64,000 nucleotides of DNA, taken from positions 198,030,001 through 198,094,000 of the forward strand of contig NC_058368.1 in assembly GCF_018350175.1 (NCBI RefSeq). Reading direction: 5' to 3'. A model generated the notes under the pieces. That model saw nothing but the letters and a program-made list of their open reading frames with translations. It was not told the origin of the DNA and searched no databases. This DNA comes from Felis catus. Its lineage: Eukaryota. A program made the translations under genes and the position numbers. How positions within the stretch are numbered: the first letter of the stretch is position 1; each line of letters starts with the position of its first letter. Of the stretch, positions 25,539 through 39,023 are shown piece by piece.

Positions 25539-26287
25539 CATAACCCATTCATTCTTTAGTAGATTGTTCTTTAATCTCCAAGTATTCATGGTCTTTCCAA
25601 ATTTTTTCTTGTGGTTGATTTCGGGTTTCATAGTGTTGTGGTCTGAAAATATGCAAGATATGGTCTGGATCTTTGTGTAGTTGTTGAAGACTGATTTGTG
25701 ACCAAGTAAGTGGTCAATTCTGGAGAATGTTCCATGTTTCCTCAAGAAAAATGTGTATTCTGCTGTGTTAGGATGAAATGTTCTGAATATATCTGTTAAG
25801 TCCTACTGGTCCAGTGTGTCATTCACCACTCTCTCCTTGTTGATTATCTGCTTACATGATCTGTCCATTGTTGTAATTGGGGTGTTGACATCCCCTACTA
25901 TTATGGTATTATTATCAATGAGTTTCTTTATGTTTGTGATCAATTGATTTATATATTTGGGTTTCTTCACATTGGGGGTGTAAATATTTACAATTGTTAG
26001 GTCTTCTTGGTGGATAGACCCCTTAATTATGATATAATGCCTTTCTTAATCTCTTGTTACAGTCTTTATTTTAAAATCTAGTTTTTCTGATGTAAGTATG
26101 GCCACTCCAGCTTTCTTTTAATGACCATTATCATGATAGTTGGTTCTCCATCTCCTTACTTTCAATCTGCAGGTGACTTTAGGTCTAAAATGAGTCTTTT
26201 GTAAGCAGCATATAGGTGGGTCTTGTTGTCTTGTCCTTTTTGATACCCTATGTCTTTTGGTTGGAACATTTAGTCCATTGACATTTA

Positions 26288-26519
26288 TTATTTTGTTTTT
26301 TTAAATTTTTTTTTCAACGTTTTTATTTATTTTTGGGACAGAGAGAGACCGAGAATGAACAGGGGAGGGGCAGAGAGAGAGGGAGACACAGGATCGGAAA
26401 CAGGCTCCAGGCTCTGAGCCATCAGCCCAGAGCCTGACGCGGGGCTTGAACTCATGGACCGCGAGATCGTGACCTGGCTGAAGTCGGACGCTTAACCGAC
26501 TGCGCCACCCAGGTGCCCC
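26288..26519 (-). mobile_element. Young felid CAN-SINE nested in L1
   Basis: TSD tagtccattgacattta. Confidence 0.94.
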
Positions 26520-28968
26520 TAGTCCATTGACATTTAGAGTGAGCACTGAAAGTTATGAATTCAGCGCCATTGTGTTGCCTGTAGAGTTGGTATTTCTGAT
26601 GACTTTCTCTGGCCCTTTCTAGTCTTTGTTGCTTTTGGTCTTTTTTGTTTTGGTTTGCCTTTTTTCCACTCAAGGAATCCCCCTTAAAATGTCTTGCAGT
26701 GCTGGTTTAGTGGTCATGAATACCTTTAGTTTTTGTTTGTCTTGGAAATTCTTTATTTCTCCTTCTATTCTGAATGACAGCCTTGCTGAATAAAGAATTC
26801 TTAGCTGCATATTTTTTCCATTCAGCACATTGAATATATCCTGCCACTTCTTTCTGGCCTGCCAAGTTTCTGTGGATAGGTCTACTGTGAACCTGATCTG
26901 TCATTCCTTATAGGTTAAGAACTTTTTTTTTCCTTACTGCTTTCAAAATTCTTTCCTTGTTTGTGTATTTCATGAATTTAACTATGATATTCCTTGGTGA
27001 TGGTCGGTTTTTGTTGAATCTAATGGGAGTTCTCTGTGTTTCTTGGATTTTGATGTCTGTGTCCTTCCCCAGATTAAGACAGTTTTCTGCCATAATTTGC
27101 TCACATAAACCTTCCGCCCCCTTTTCTCTCTCTTCATCTTCTGGGACTCTTTTGATTCGGATGTTATTCCTTTTTAATAAGTCACTGAGTTCTCTAAGTC
27201 TTGTATCATGCTCTTTTACCTTTGTTTCCCTCTTTTTTCCTGCTTCATTTTTCTCCATAATTTTATCTTCCATATCCTTGATTTGCTGCTTTGCTTTGTT
27301 CATCCTTGCCATTGCGGCATCCATTTGAGATTACATCTCAGTTATAAAGTTTTTAACTTCGTCCTAACTAGATTTTACTTCTTTTATCTCTGCAGAAAGG
27401 GATTCTATGCTTTTTTTCAACCCCAGTTAGTATTCTTATAATCATGGCTCTAAATTCTAGTTCAGACATCTTGCTTATATCTTCGTTGATTAAGCCCCTG
27501 GCTGTCAGTTCTTCCTGTTCTTTCTTTTGTGGTAAACTGCATTTCATCATTTTGGAGGAAGAAAAAAATTAATACAATATAAAAATTAAAAAATTAAAAA
27601 CAAAACAAAAAATCAAATAAAGGAATCTAGATCCTAGGTGTGTTTCAGTTTGCTTGTTGAAAGAAGATTGATAGAATTAAGAATAAAAGGAAAGAAAAGA
27701 AAAATAGGAAAAATTTTAAAACTTAAAAAAATATAATAAAATAGAATAAAGTGAAATAAAGAAAATTAAATAGAATTTTTAAAAATTTTAATTAAAAATA
27801 AAATACAAATAAAAGAAAAATAAATTTTTCTTTTTCTGTATCCAAGAAAGAGAAAAGAAAGAAAAAAAGAAAACAATTTAAGCAAAAATAGAAGCAAAGA
27901 AAATGAACAAATAAATGAACAAATAAATAAATCAGAATGAAACCCTAATGGCATTACATCCAGTTTCCCCTAAAACTGAAACTGAAGCACTCTATAAACA
28001 GGTCGAGTGATGTGTGTTGGTCTTCTAGGACATGTGCTTGGATGGCACATTTGGGTGGGGCTTGGTGTAACAGCTCCATTCTCCACTAGGTGGTTTTGCT
28101 TAGCTTGCTAGGGTGGATCAGTGTGGTGCACATGCATGTGTACATACATGCACATGTGCAGAACACATGGAAATGGCTTCATCCAGCTCCGCAGTCTCTG
28201 GCACAGGAACTTCGGGCTCTCACCAACCCATGATCAAGCGCCCCTCCTTTGTCTCAAGTCTCCACCCACTCCCTGCTTCAACCCTGCCTGCGTCCAAGAT
28301 GTCCACCTGCCAGCTGGCACCTCCCTCCAGTTTTATCTCAGACGGTCATGTGTTTCAAAACCCCACATTTCAGAAACCCCTGGGGTTTAGATCCCCACCG
28401 ACTATCTTGGTGGGAGTGTCTCACTAAGCAATGGTAGGTGCCGGCTTGCCTCAGAAAACATTCATGGGATCACACAGCTGCAGAGGTTCTGAGGTTATGG
28501 CAAATCACAGCACACAGCTGGCACCAGGTTTCACTGCACTCTGGCATCTTTGTGCCAATATCAGCAAATGTGGCTGCTCTCTGGGTTCCACTGGGCCTTT
28601 GCCCGTGGAGAGGCCATATGACCTCTACCAAATGCATTCCAAGCAGGGGAACAACTTCTCCCTGTTTGACACATGGACCCTTCAGATCCTGCTGCCTGCT
28701 CCTGGGGATTCTCCCTGCTTCCTCACCAGAGCATCGCCAGGTATTGGGCTCCAGAACTTTAGAATGTATTGTTCTATGTTACAGATTATAATAGTTGAAT
28801 TATTTGAAACAGCTTTAACATCAAGAGTAATGGAAAACCTTGCAAATACAGGTTTCTATGGTATTTGTTTCATAAATAATTTACACTCAATAGGAAGTTA
28901 TTCATTTCACCAAGGGTAGATCAGAGGACCAAAATAATGAAGAACAATTAACCTTTAAAAATGTGACA

Positions 28969-29210
28969 GGGGCGCCTGGGTGGGTCAGTTGGTTAAGTGT
29001 CCAACTTTCACTCAGGTCATGATCTCACAGTTTGTGAGTTTGAGCCCTGTGTCAGGCTCTGTGCTGATAGCTCAGAGCCTGGATCTGCTTCAGATTCTGT
29101 GTCTCCCTCTCTCTCTGCCCCTTCCTCACTCGCACTCTGTCTCTCAAAACTAAATAAATATTAAAAAATAAAAAAATAAAAAAAATAAAATAAAAAAAAA
29201 ATAAAATAAA
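28969..29210 (+). mobile_element. CAN-SINE
   Basis: Consensus match, A-rich tail. Confidence 0.92.
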
Positions 29211-30652
29211 AATGTGCCATAATCTCCATCTGAGGATTCAGAAATGCTTAGGATACTTAAAATTGTGAAGGACCATGACTCATGGTTACCATATCCACAC
29301 AACATTATTCAGTAAAACACAGAAAGGCCTAGAGCGTACTAATTTCACTGATCTAAGCTAAACAAAAACAAAAACAAAAAACTGCTCTTCTAATAGTAAT
29401 AAATGTAGGTAAACCGTGCCAGAATTGGGTAGAGGAGATCTGCCTATTACAAGGTTTGACCGATTTTCATTGTTTTAGATTTACTGAAGTAAATTCACAT
29501 ATAGTAAAATGCAACTTTTATACCTATAAATTGGACACACTAATACAATTATATGAACTGCTCCACAATTAAGTTATATAGTTTTTCCATCAACCTAAAA
29601 GATTACCTTGTGCCATCTTGTCAGTTCCTTCCCCCAACCCCAACCTCTGAAGACCACCTACCTAATTTCTGTATTTATCAACTCTATTTATGTTGAATTC
29701 AATTTAGATTCACAGGAGTTGCATTAAGAGTGAGTTCCTGCATAGTCTTTAAGTAGCTTCATCCCATGAGAACCCTTTACCTAACTAACCACAGTATGGT
29801 GTCAAAACCAACAAATTGACATGGTACACACTAGTACTGAATAAACTAAAGATCATACTAAGATTTCACCATTTTTAAAATGAAATGAATTCTGTTTTTT
29901 TTTTCTTTTGGTGCATAGTTCTATGACACTTTCCATTTAAGAGGGGCAATGATATTGGGAGGACTGGAGCCTGCTCTTGGTTCCTGTCTGCTCTATTTTT
30001 ATCATCTCTATCTCAAAGCCATAGCATTCTCTATCTTTTCCACTACTTCAGGGATAAGTGCATTATCTTCATGAAACCACAGTACATAATCCATGTGTCT
30101 AACATTAACTTTACTGGTTAATTTCAAAACCTTTTAGCCTTCTGGGCTAATAGGCTGGGTTTTTTGTTGTGGTGGTTTTTTGGTTTTTTGGTTTTGTTTT
30201 GTTTTGGTTTTGCTTTGCTCTCTGCTGATAAATACATGTAAAATAAGTCTAGTGCAATTTACATAAGGGCTTCCCAGTATTTTCAATTCGAAACTTTGCA
30301 TTTGCTTTTCCCACAAAAGCCCTACTTCAGAACAATTAGTCTGCTGTACCTTTTCTGATGGTGTCTATATAAAAAATTTAGAAAGCATAATTTCACTTTA
30401 GAATATTAAAGGAACATTTTCTAGACTTGAAAGAATTAGGGTTTTTCCATCGAATTCGCTTTGAACGTTACCAGTTTAAAGTTTCTTTCTAAATCCTAGA
30501 TTTCTTCAGGGTTAAAAAATCACTGGGAGGTTTCAGGTGACAAATAGGGTCCTCACACACAACTTAAGTGTGGACAGTTTTAATATTTTATTTCTAGTAT
30601 TTGTGACAAATCTATGGGACAGGAATTATTGCTATCATGTTTAAAATACAAA

Positions 30653-30875
30653 GGGGCGCCTGGGTGGCGCAGTCGATTAAGCGTCCGACTTCAGCCAGGT
30701 CACGATCTCGCGGTCCGTGAGTTCGAGCCCCGCGTCAGGCTCTGGGCTGATGGCTCGGAGCCTGGAGCCTGTTTCCGATTCTGTGTCTCCCTCTCTCTCT
30801 GCCCCTCCCCCGTTCATGCTCTGTCTCTCTCTGTCCCAAAAATAAATAAACGTTGAAAAAAAAATTAAAAAAAAA
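30653..30875 (+). mobile_element. Young felid CAN-SINE
   Basis: Near-consensus, CpGs retained. Confidence 0.95.
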
Positions 30876-30949
30876 ATACATAAACATGCACTGGAAAGTC
30901 TAGACATGGAGTTCACGTGAGATGGGATTTGAACTGAACTCCCAAGTCT

Positions 30950-31675
30950 CTTTCCCCTGAGTCAGTCTGTAAAGCTGATTCTTAGGAAAAAAATAACTGG
31001 TCCAATCTCTCTTAGTTTAAAAGTTTTTAGTGTCTCCCATGTATCTCTGAAGTGAAGATAAATTTATTTAACATGTAATATAGGCCAGTTTCTTGCTTGG
31101 TCTCAACTTCGGTCCCCAACTTTTCTTCTCTCCTATCCCAGAATTCACATTCTGTACTCTATCTCAGGGGTTCTCAAACCTGGCTGCACTTAAATTTCGA
31201 GTAGGAGCTTGTAAAACACACCAATGCAAAAGACTCATGTACTAATAATCTATTCACAGTCTTGATGGTGAGTTAGTACATCCTCAGGCTTCAAAATGTC
31301 CCCAGGTGAGTTTTTAAAACTACTAAGGATTTAAATGCTTGTTGAATTAGCATTTGCAAACTCCTTTTTCCCATTTGATGCTTTGGTTCCTTTCCAACTC
31401 ACGTGCCTGGAGTTTTCACATATCTTCTCTATCTTATAATCCATAACCACACGCATTACCTTCTTCTCTTCTCATGCTGCGGGGCTCATCAGATTAAATT
31501 GTCTCCAAGTCTCCTGCTGAGGAAAGATGCATTGTGAAATATTTGTAAGGCATCTCGCATGACCCACTTTATAGCCTCCAGGGAGGACGCAGATGTGTTT
31601 TGTCTGCTGCAGCCCCCCTATCTTACCCGCTAAAGCTCCTCACTCATGTATCAATAAAAGAGACTCAGCTGGATG
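30950..31675 (+). pseudogene. Kazal inhibitor copy 3: upstream/promoter relic only
   Basis: Aligns by eye with 5000-6195 and 14090-14810 (e.g. aataaaagagactcagctgga vs aaataagagacttagctgga); cut off by old L1 sequence at 31676. Confidence 0.7.
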
Positions 31676-34140
31676 AATATGTATGGTTGAAAATAAATAC
31701 TTGATATGATTTCAATATTCTCAAATTGTTATGAGTTGTTTCGTGACTTAAAATGTGACCTATCTTGGAAGAACGTTCCATGTGTGCTTGAGTAGAATGT
31801 GTATTCTGATTCTGTTGCATGAAATGTTGTGATACATCTGTTAGGTCCCCTTGGTCTGTAGTGTTGTTTAAATCTCTCTTTTTTTTATTGATCTTCTGTC
31901 TGGATGTTCTGTTATTGAAAGTAGGGTAGTAAAATCCCCTGCTATTATTTGTTGCTGTGTTATGCTTTGATTTCATTCTTTTTCTTTTGTGTATCTTCTA
32001 TAGGTATTTTCCTTTTGATTATCATGGGGCTAACATAAGACAACTTCTGGTTTTATTTTAGGCTGATAATAATTTAACTCCAACACATACAAACTACACT
32101 TTAACTTCTCCCATACTTCTCAATAACAATTGATGTCATACTTTGCCCATTTTTAAATTTAATTTTTTTATTGTTGAGAAAAACACTGTGTTTTTTGTTG
32201 TTGAGTTGTAAGAGTTATATATTCTGGATACAAGTCTCGTAAAATTTTTATTATTATTATTATTTTAAATTTAAATTCAAGTTAGTTAACATAGAGTGTA
32301 ATAATGATTTCAGGAATAGAATTTGGTGCTCATCCCAACAAGTGTCTTCCTTAATGCCCCTCACCTCTTTACCCTTCCCACCAGTCAACACCTTGCCAGC
32401 AACCCTCAATTTACTCTCTGTATTTAAGAGTCTCTTACGGTTTGTCTCCCTCCCTGTTTTTATACTACGTTTGCTTCACTTCCCTTATCTGTTTTCTATC
32501 TTAAATTCCACATATGAGTGAAGTCATATGATATTTGTCTTTCTCTGACTTATTTCACTTAGCATAATACATTCTAGTTCCACCCACGTTGTTGCAAATA
32601 GCAAGATTTCATTCTTTTTGATAACTGAGTAATATTCCATCGTGTGTGTATCTGTGTATTTATATATCTTCTTTTATTCTGGATACATGTCTCTTACTGA
32701 TTGATAAAAAGAAGAAAATGTTATAATGAAAAAAAGGTTTGGCCCTTTTGTCATTATAAAAGGAATTTTAGATATATGGTTTGTAAATACTTTTTCCCAT
32801 TTTGTGGATTGCTTTTTCTCTTTACAGTGTCTTTTGAAGCATAAAGCTTTTAGTTTTGGTGAAGTCCAATTTATCTACTTTTTCTTTTGTTGCTTGCATT
32901 CTTGGTGTCAAATCAAAGAAATAATTGCCTTATCTGAGGTCGGGAAGATTTTCTTCTACGTTTTCTCCTAGGTGATCTTATAGTTTTAGCTCTTGTCTTG
33001 TTTACATTTAGTCTAGGATTCATCATGAGTTGATATTTGTATATGGTGTAAGGTGTCCGACTTCATTATTTTGCACACAGACATCCAATTACAGCAGTGC
33101 TTTAAAATGGTAAATTGCTTGGCGATAAATTAAACAAAGAAGTATAAGATTTATATTCCTAAAAATAGAAAATATTGTTGAGAAAATTCAAGGAGACCTA
33201 CATGACTAAAAATACATCCCAGACACATGCTTTAGACTTAATATTGTTAACATGGCCGTACTTCCCAAAATGATCTATAGATTCAACCCACTCAAAATTG
33301 CACATGCCTTTTTGTGGACAGAAATTAAGAAAGTCACTGAACATACTTTCTGCAATTACAACCCTCTGAAATTTATTCAAGTTTATTTCATCATCTAACA
33401 AATGTTCATCATCTAACATTTGTTATATCCTGTAGAATGTTCATGTGTGCTAGAGAAGAAATAATATTCTGTTCTTTTGGGGTAGAATTTTCTGTAGATA
33501 TCCGTTAGATCTAATTGGTTTATACTAATCTTCAAGTCTTTCATTTCTTTGTGGGTCTTCTGCCTACTTGTTCTATCTCATTGAACATGGAATACTGAAG
33601 TCTCTAAGTATTACTGTCAAATTGTCTATTTCTCTTCTCAGTTCTGTCAGGTTTTCCTTCATGTGTGGGAAGCTCAGTTATTAGGTGAATATATGTTTAA
33701 ATTTATGCCTTTCTAATGGATGGGCCCCTTTCTCATAAAATTTTCTTCTTTTTATCGATCAGTAATTTTTGTCTTATATTTCATATGATGTTAGGTTAGC
33801 TACTTCAGCTCTCTTCTTGTTACTATTTGCATGGCATATCTCTTTACGTTATCTTACTTTCACGTTGTTTGTGTCTTTAAATCTAAAGTGGGTGCTGTAG
33901 ACAGCATTCAGTTGGTTCATTTTTTCTTAAAATCTGTTCTGCAAATCTTTGCCTTCTGACTGGAGTGTTTAGTTCCGTTTACATTTCATGTAATTCATGG
34001 TAAGTTAAGGCTTACCTCTGTTCTGTTATTTACCAAATGTCCATTCTCTCCTCGATTCCTCTATTACTACTTTATTTCATTAAACCTTTCTTTCTAGAAT
34101 ACCATTTTTATTCCTTTATGATTTATTTACTATATACTTT
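31676..34140. mobile_element. Patchwork of old L1 fragments (mostly minus strand), including a carnivore L1 3' end at about 32250-32650
   Basis: Degenerate ORF2 endonuclease remnants and 3'UTR similar to 21780-22170. Confidence 0.7.
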
Positions 34141-35042
34141 GAAGTTACATATCTTCCAACATGAGATGTTCTGAGCATGTCCGTCTTTGACCTCTTTAGG
34201 GATAGGATCCAGTTTTGGGCCACATCCTTCCACCTTTACACAGTTAGAAGAGGATTTCAAACCTGCCTCCAGTTTCAAAGTTTAGCTTCTTTGATTTCCC
34301 AGATAATTGAAATGACCTGCCTCCATGGAGTTCCATGGTTAGTTTTTCTGTTTTTATTGTTCTCCATAAAGTTGATTCTTTGTCTTCAATATCCAAAACA
34401 CACTCCTAAGCATCATAGATTTCAGGATGTTGGAAAGAGGAATGTAATGAGCATCTAATTCACCTTTCTCAAGCCAGCATTATTTTGGGAACTTCTAAAT
34501 TGAAGGCTAGATGTGAAGGATTCACTCATCACTACTTCAAACAAGCTCTTTTATTCTTATTTACCTTTCTTTATATGGATATAGATTCCGTACAATATCA
34601 AATTTCAAAAGACAGATTTTATGTTAGGACATTTTGCAAATCATCTTTGCACTCCAAAGTTGTAATTTTACAGAAGACAAAATAACTATGAATTAATTTA
34701 ATCAGAGAGAAATGCTTTCTTCACAGATAGAAGACTTACAAAAATAGGGAGATATATCATGTTTTTAGACGGAAATCCTTGAAAGTATAAAAGACAAAAA
34801 TTGTGACTCTAATAACTTGTTTGAACAATTTTATTTTGACTCCTAATGGGTAAATCTTGTAATTTAACAAAATAGCGTTGAAGTTAAAAAAATAATTTCC
34901 TAGACAATTTTGATAGTAGAAATAGCACAATTCTATACAGGTATTACAATATTATAGAGTATAGATCAAAAATAGTTATAAACCTTATTTAAATCTCCAA
35001 TCATCTGATAATAAAAGGTTAAAATAATAAATAAATAACTCA

Positions 35043-35265
35043 GGGGCGCCTGGGTGGCGCAGTCGGTTAAGCGTCCGACTTCAGCCAGGTCACGATCTCG
35101 CGGTCCGTGAGTTCGAGCCCGGCGTCGGGCTCTGGGCTGATGGCTCGGAGCCTGGAGCCTGTTTCCGATTCTGTGTCTCCCTCTCTCTCTGCCCCTCCCC
35201 CGTTCATGCTCTGTCTCTCTCTGTCCCCAAAATAAATAAACGTTGAAAAAAAAAATTAAAAAAAA
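35043..35265 (+). mobile_element. Young felid CAN-SINE
   Basis: Near-consensus, TSD aataaataaataactca. Confidence 0.95.
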
Positions 35266-35339
35266 TAAATAAATAACTCAATTGAGTCTAATGTGCTTGT
35301 AGTGTAGAAAACTCTTAGGTCATGCCTGTGTCTCGTTAT

Positions 35340-36070
35340 AGTTCCTTGAACTTTTTCTTGCTCTGATTCTCTTGCCCCTTCCTAGGCCACTTGTTTCTCT
35401 ATCTTAGAATCTATAACCACTCTTTTTACTTTTTTCCCTTCCCTATATTTCTGGGTTTATCACATCAAATTGTTTTCAAATTGTCTTCAACCTTGCATGA
35501 GCTACTGGACAGCCTCTAGGCAGAACACAGACTACCCCAGTGTTTTATTCATTTGTTTTACCCCATCAAGCTCCTCATACACAAATAGATTAAGGAACTC
35601 CTCAGACAGATCTGTGCAAATGAGGAAAAAAGGCAAACAAGATAACCAATCTCCAGAGCTATCAACTTCCATCTTCCCTACCTTCTCTGTGTGAGATAGG
35701 TCACGTGCGGGATCTTGGAAGGTAGCCTGGTGTATAACATTCCTTCCAGAAACGATGTAGTTTCTATTTTCCTGAGGAAAATACTGAGATTCAAAGGTAA
35801 ACATTTTCTTTAAATGCACTAAGCATCCTTGTAGGCTTACCAAAGGACTGGGAGAGTAAGTAGCTCCTTCTTATGTGTGAAAAGAGGACTTTATTCCTAC
35901 ACTTTTTCTCACGTAGTTAGGAGGTCTTCTGTTTACATGTTGTATCTGGTTGATCTTTGGGTTGGGGTAAGGAAAAGGGACTAGTTGACCTTAATTTGGA
36001 TTCTAGATATTGGAGAAGTTCCTTTGCGAGTAGTAAAATGTTAGAAACTTTTAGGAAATAGACCCAGGCT
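35340..36070 (+). pseudogene. Kazal inhibitor copy 4: promoter and 5' non-coding exon relic, no coding exons
   Basis: Aligns with about 5890-6660 and 14510-15230; similarity stops shortly before the signal-peptide exon would begin. Confidence 0.7.
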
Positions 36071-36109
36071 CTGTTTGTCAGTTAGAAATGTAGAGGACAT
36101 ACACATACA

Positions 36110-36430
36110 TCTCTTTGTTCTGTCAGCTGAGAGAGCCTGGGAACAATGATACCCCGCAGCCAACAGCATACCTAACACATAGATTGTGATTTCTAATCCC
36201 AGCCTCCAATGAAAGGAAGTGGGGGTTTTTTAGAGAAATGGCTGATTTTAAGACTGAGGAAATAAACAGGAGATAAACAAGTTGCGCCTGAGGCATCTTG
36301 CAGTGCCAGAAAATAAAGAAGTGCTTAAATAATAAAACAGTAGTGGTTGTGCAAAGAGACACAGTTGCCAACTGAAAGACCAAAACTGGAAAGAACTGTG
36401 CTTTGGTAAAAAGTGGGCTTATGAGGATAA
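36110..36430 (+). mobile_element. L1MC-type 3' end fragment
   Basis: gagaaatggctgattt...gcatcttgcagtgccagaaaataaagaagtgct motif. Confidence 0.6.
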
Positions 36431-37350
36431 ACATACATTTCAGGGTAGAGACTGTTTGAATGAGCAACAAGAGTTCAAACTGACTTTTTGGTATGTTATT
36501 AACTAATTGAGTGTAAGTTACTTGAGGCAAATGATCTTATCTGTTTTGTTTACCATTCTATCCCTACAGTCTCTCACTGTGACTGGCATATAGTAGACAT
36601 TTAATAATGTATGTTGAAGTTTTAAAATGCTTTAATGCAGATATTGACAAATCATAGTTCTTGTGCATCTACTACCTAAAGCAAAGTATTGCATAGCCTA
36701 TTGAAAACATTTCTACAAGTGCTTGAAACAATTTGGTCATACTGTTTTCAAGCTGCCTAAACTACCTTGAGGATGGGAGGGATGAATAAAAGCCTACTAT
36801 TTACTTATCCATTCATTGAGCAACTTCGATTCTCCTTGCCTGTTTCCCAAACATCAGATGCCTCACAGGATTTCTGTTTAGATGCTGTATTTCATTCAGC
36901 CAAAAACACACACTGTATTCTGAAGTTCCCTGATCATAAGATTTATAGGATGCACTTGTTAATCGACTGTAACCCAATGAGCCTATCCTGGAAATTTTAA
37001 TGCTTATGAATGGTGTGATCTTAGGAATCTATTATTATAAAAGCACTCTGATTATTCTCATCAGTGTGTGTATTTAAAATACACTTCCATACATGACATC
37101 CTATTATATGTTAACCATCTTCCTAGGCTTCCATTAAAGAATGAAAAATAATATAGTTAATATAAATCATATAACTTTACTATTTAAAAGAATGTTTAAT
37201 GACAGAAATGTTTCACATCTTATAAGCCTCAAACAAATAAGAATAATAAATTTTAGGAGTTCAATAAAAACTTGATATAATTAGTATTTTAGAAACATAA
37301 AATCACCAAATCTTATAATTGGATGAAACATTAAAGGTTCTCGAATCTCA

Positions 37351-37568
37351 GGGGCGCCTGGGTGGCTCAGTCGGTAAGCGTCCGACTTCAGCTCCGGTCG
37401 TGATCTCGCGGTTCGTGGGTTCCAGCCCCGTGTCCGGCTCTGTGGTGACAGCTCAGAGCCTGGAGCCTGCTTCAGATTCTGTGTCTCCCTCTCTTTCTGC
37501 TCCTCCCCGACTCACACTCTGTCCCTCTCTCAAAAATAAATAAACATTTTAAAAAAATTTTTAAAAAA
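37351..37568 (+). mobile_element. CAN-SINE
   Basis: TSD aaaggttctcga(a/g)tctca. Confidence 0.93.
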
Positions 37569-38394
37569 AGGTTCTCGAGTCTCATTTTTCCTGGAAATAA
37601 GCAATCTCTTAACCAGTAGGTATTACTAGGGTTTAGGTGAGAAGTCCGTATATAACTGTAAAATATGTGAGACAAATGGGATGGCAAGAGGAATGGCTCT
37701 GTGGTTACAGAGCCACAACAAATCTTCAGCAGTCAGTACAATAAGCAAATCTAAGTAGACCCTCCACTTTTTCTAAGGTAAGTTGGGGACCTTAGCATTC
37801 AGCCACAACAGACTAGCTTGTATCAAAACAATCCTTCCTTTGAAAACAACCAGAAAAATTAGATTAAATAAATAAATAACATATACAATTTATTATATAA
37901 ATATTTATATATATATGTTATATAAATATATTCTATGTTATATATAAAATTACGTCTATTACTTATGCATGGGTAGTCCAAATTCTTTGTGGCAGATGAA
38001 GAAATGGAAGCTCTGCCTGACGAAGTGACGTAGTTAAGGTTGCACAGTTGGGATCAGAGCCCGTATTTCACCAATTTCCAGAGTTTAGAGCTCTTTCCTC
38101 CGTGTGCATCTGGAGTGGGTAGGACCTTCATTTGTTTCTTTGGTCTTAGTTTACGCTCCCTATAATCAATACCGCTGATTCTCTGGAGCAACCTTCTACT
38201 ACAATGTGACATTTTCAGTCCTTCCAGGACATGGGAAAGGGACTAGTGAAGTGTGTGTTGGGGTAAGGGGGGGTGGTAGGACTTGAAAATAGTCAGCATA
38301 ATTGGCTGAAGGAAACCCCATGGCAGGAGTTGTGACTCATACTTGGTAGTATTAGACCATGAGTTTGTACTTGCCAGATCCAGGAAGGAGTTTG

Positions 38395-38625
38395 TAGGAC
38401 AGAGGGCTCTGGAGTCAGATGATCTGAGCTTGAATCCATGCTCTATCACTTAGTAGCTAAGTGACCTTGAACAAGTTATCAATCTCTGTACCTCTGTACT
38501 CTGTATCCTCTCTAACGAGGATAATTATAGCACCTACATCATGGTGTCATTGTAAAGACTGAATGAGTTAGTACAAGTAAAACTCCTAGACGAATGCCTG
38601 ACACCATTTGACCAATGTTAGCTGT
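38395..38625 (+). mobile_element. MIR SINE
   Basis: ggctctggagtcaga...gtgaccttgaacaagtt...ggataattatagcacctac core. Confidence 0.85.
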
Positions 38626-39023
38626 GATGTAAGGGGGGGAAATTGGATGTAAGCAGCAGTCATTGGGCATGACCAATAGGGCTTACCTATGAGACCATTA
38701 GATACCTTAGAAGTTTCAAATAGGGCCTGCTTCTGGAACCTACTTGTGGAGTGTGATTTTTAGGGTATTAAAAGGGTCCTTTAATCCAGAGCTGACACAG
38801 TGCCTGAAAATCTCAGCCCCAGATAATGACATTAAAGACTGTGTTACAATCAAATGTGTTATATAGACGTAGTAAATGTAATCGTATCAGTCATTACCAA
38901 TCTCATCGCCAATTCACTTATCATCTGAGTGAGGTAGTCATTTTAGCCAAGCCTTTGCGGTAGGAAGAACAGTCAAGAATGATACTGAAGGGGTTTGGTG
39001 AGTACCTGCAAATCAGTCATAGC

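Larger units (their letters stand above)
21770..28760 (-). mobile_element. Near full-length carnivore LINE-1, frameshifted, carrying three SINE insertions
   Basis: Colinear ORF1 (26700-27550) and ORF2 pieces (endonuclease, [14 protein letters not shown]-terminus), 3'UTR and partial 5'UTR. Confidence 0.95.

Noticed and set aside
21770..28760. Active full-length L1
   Set aside because: Many stops and frameshifts, three SINE insertions, incomplete 5'UTR.
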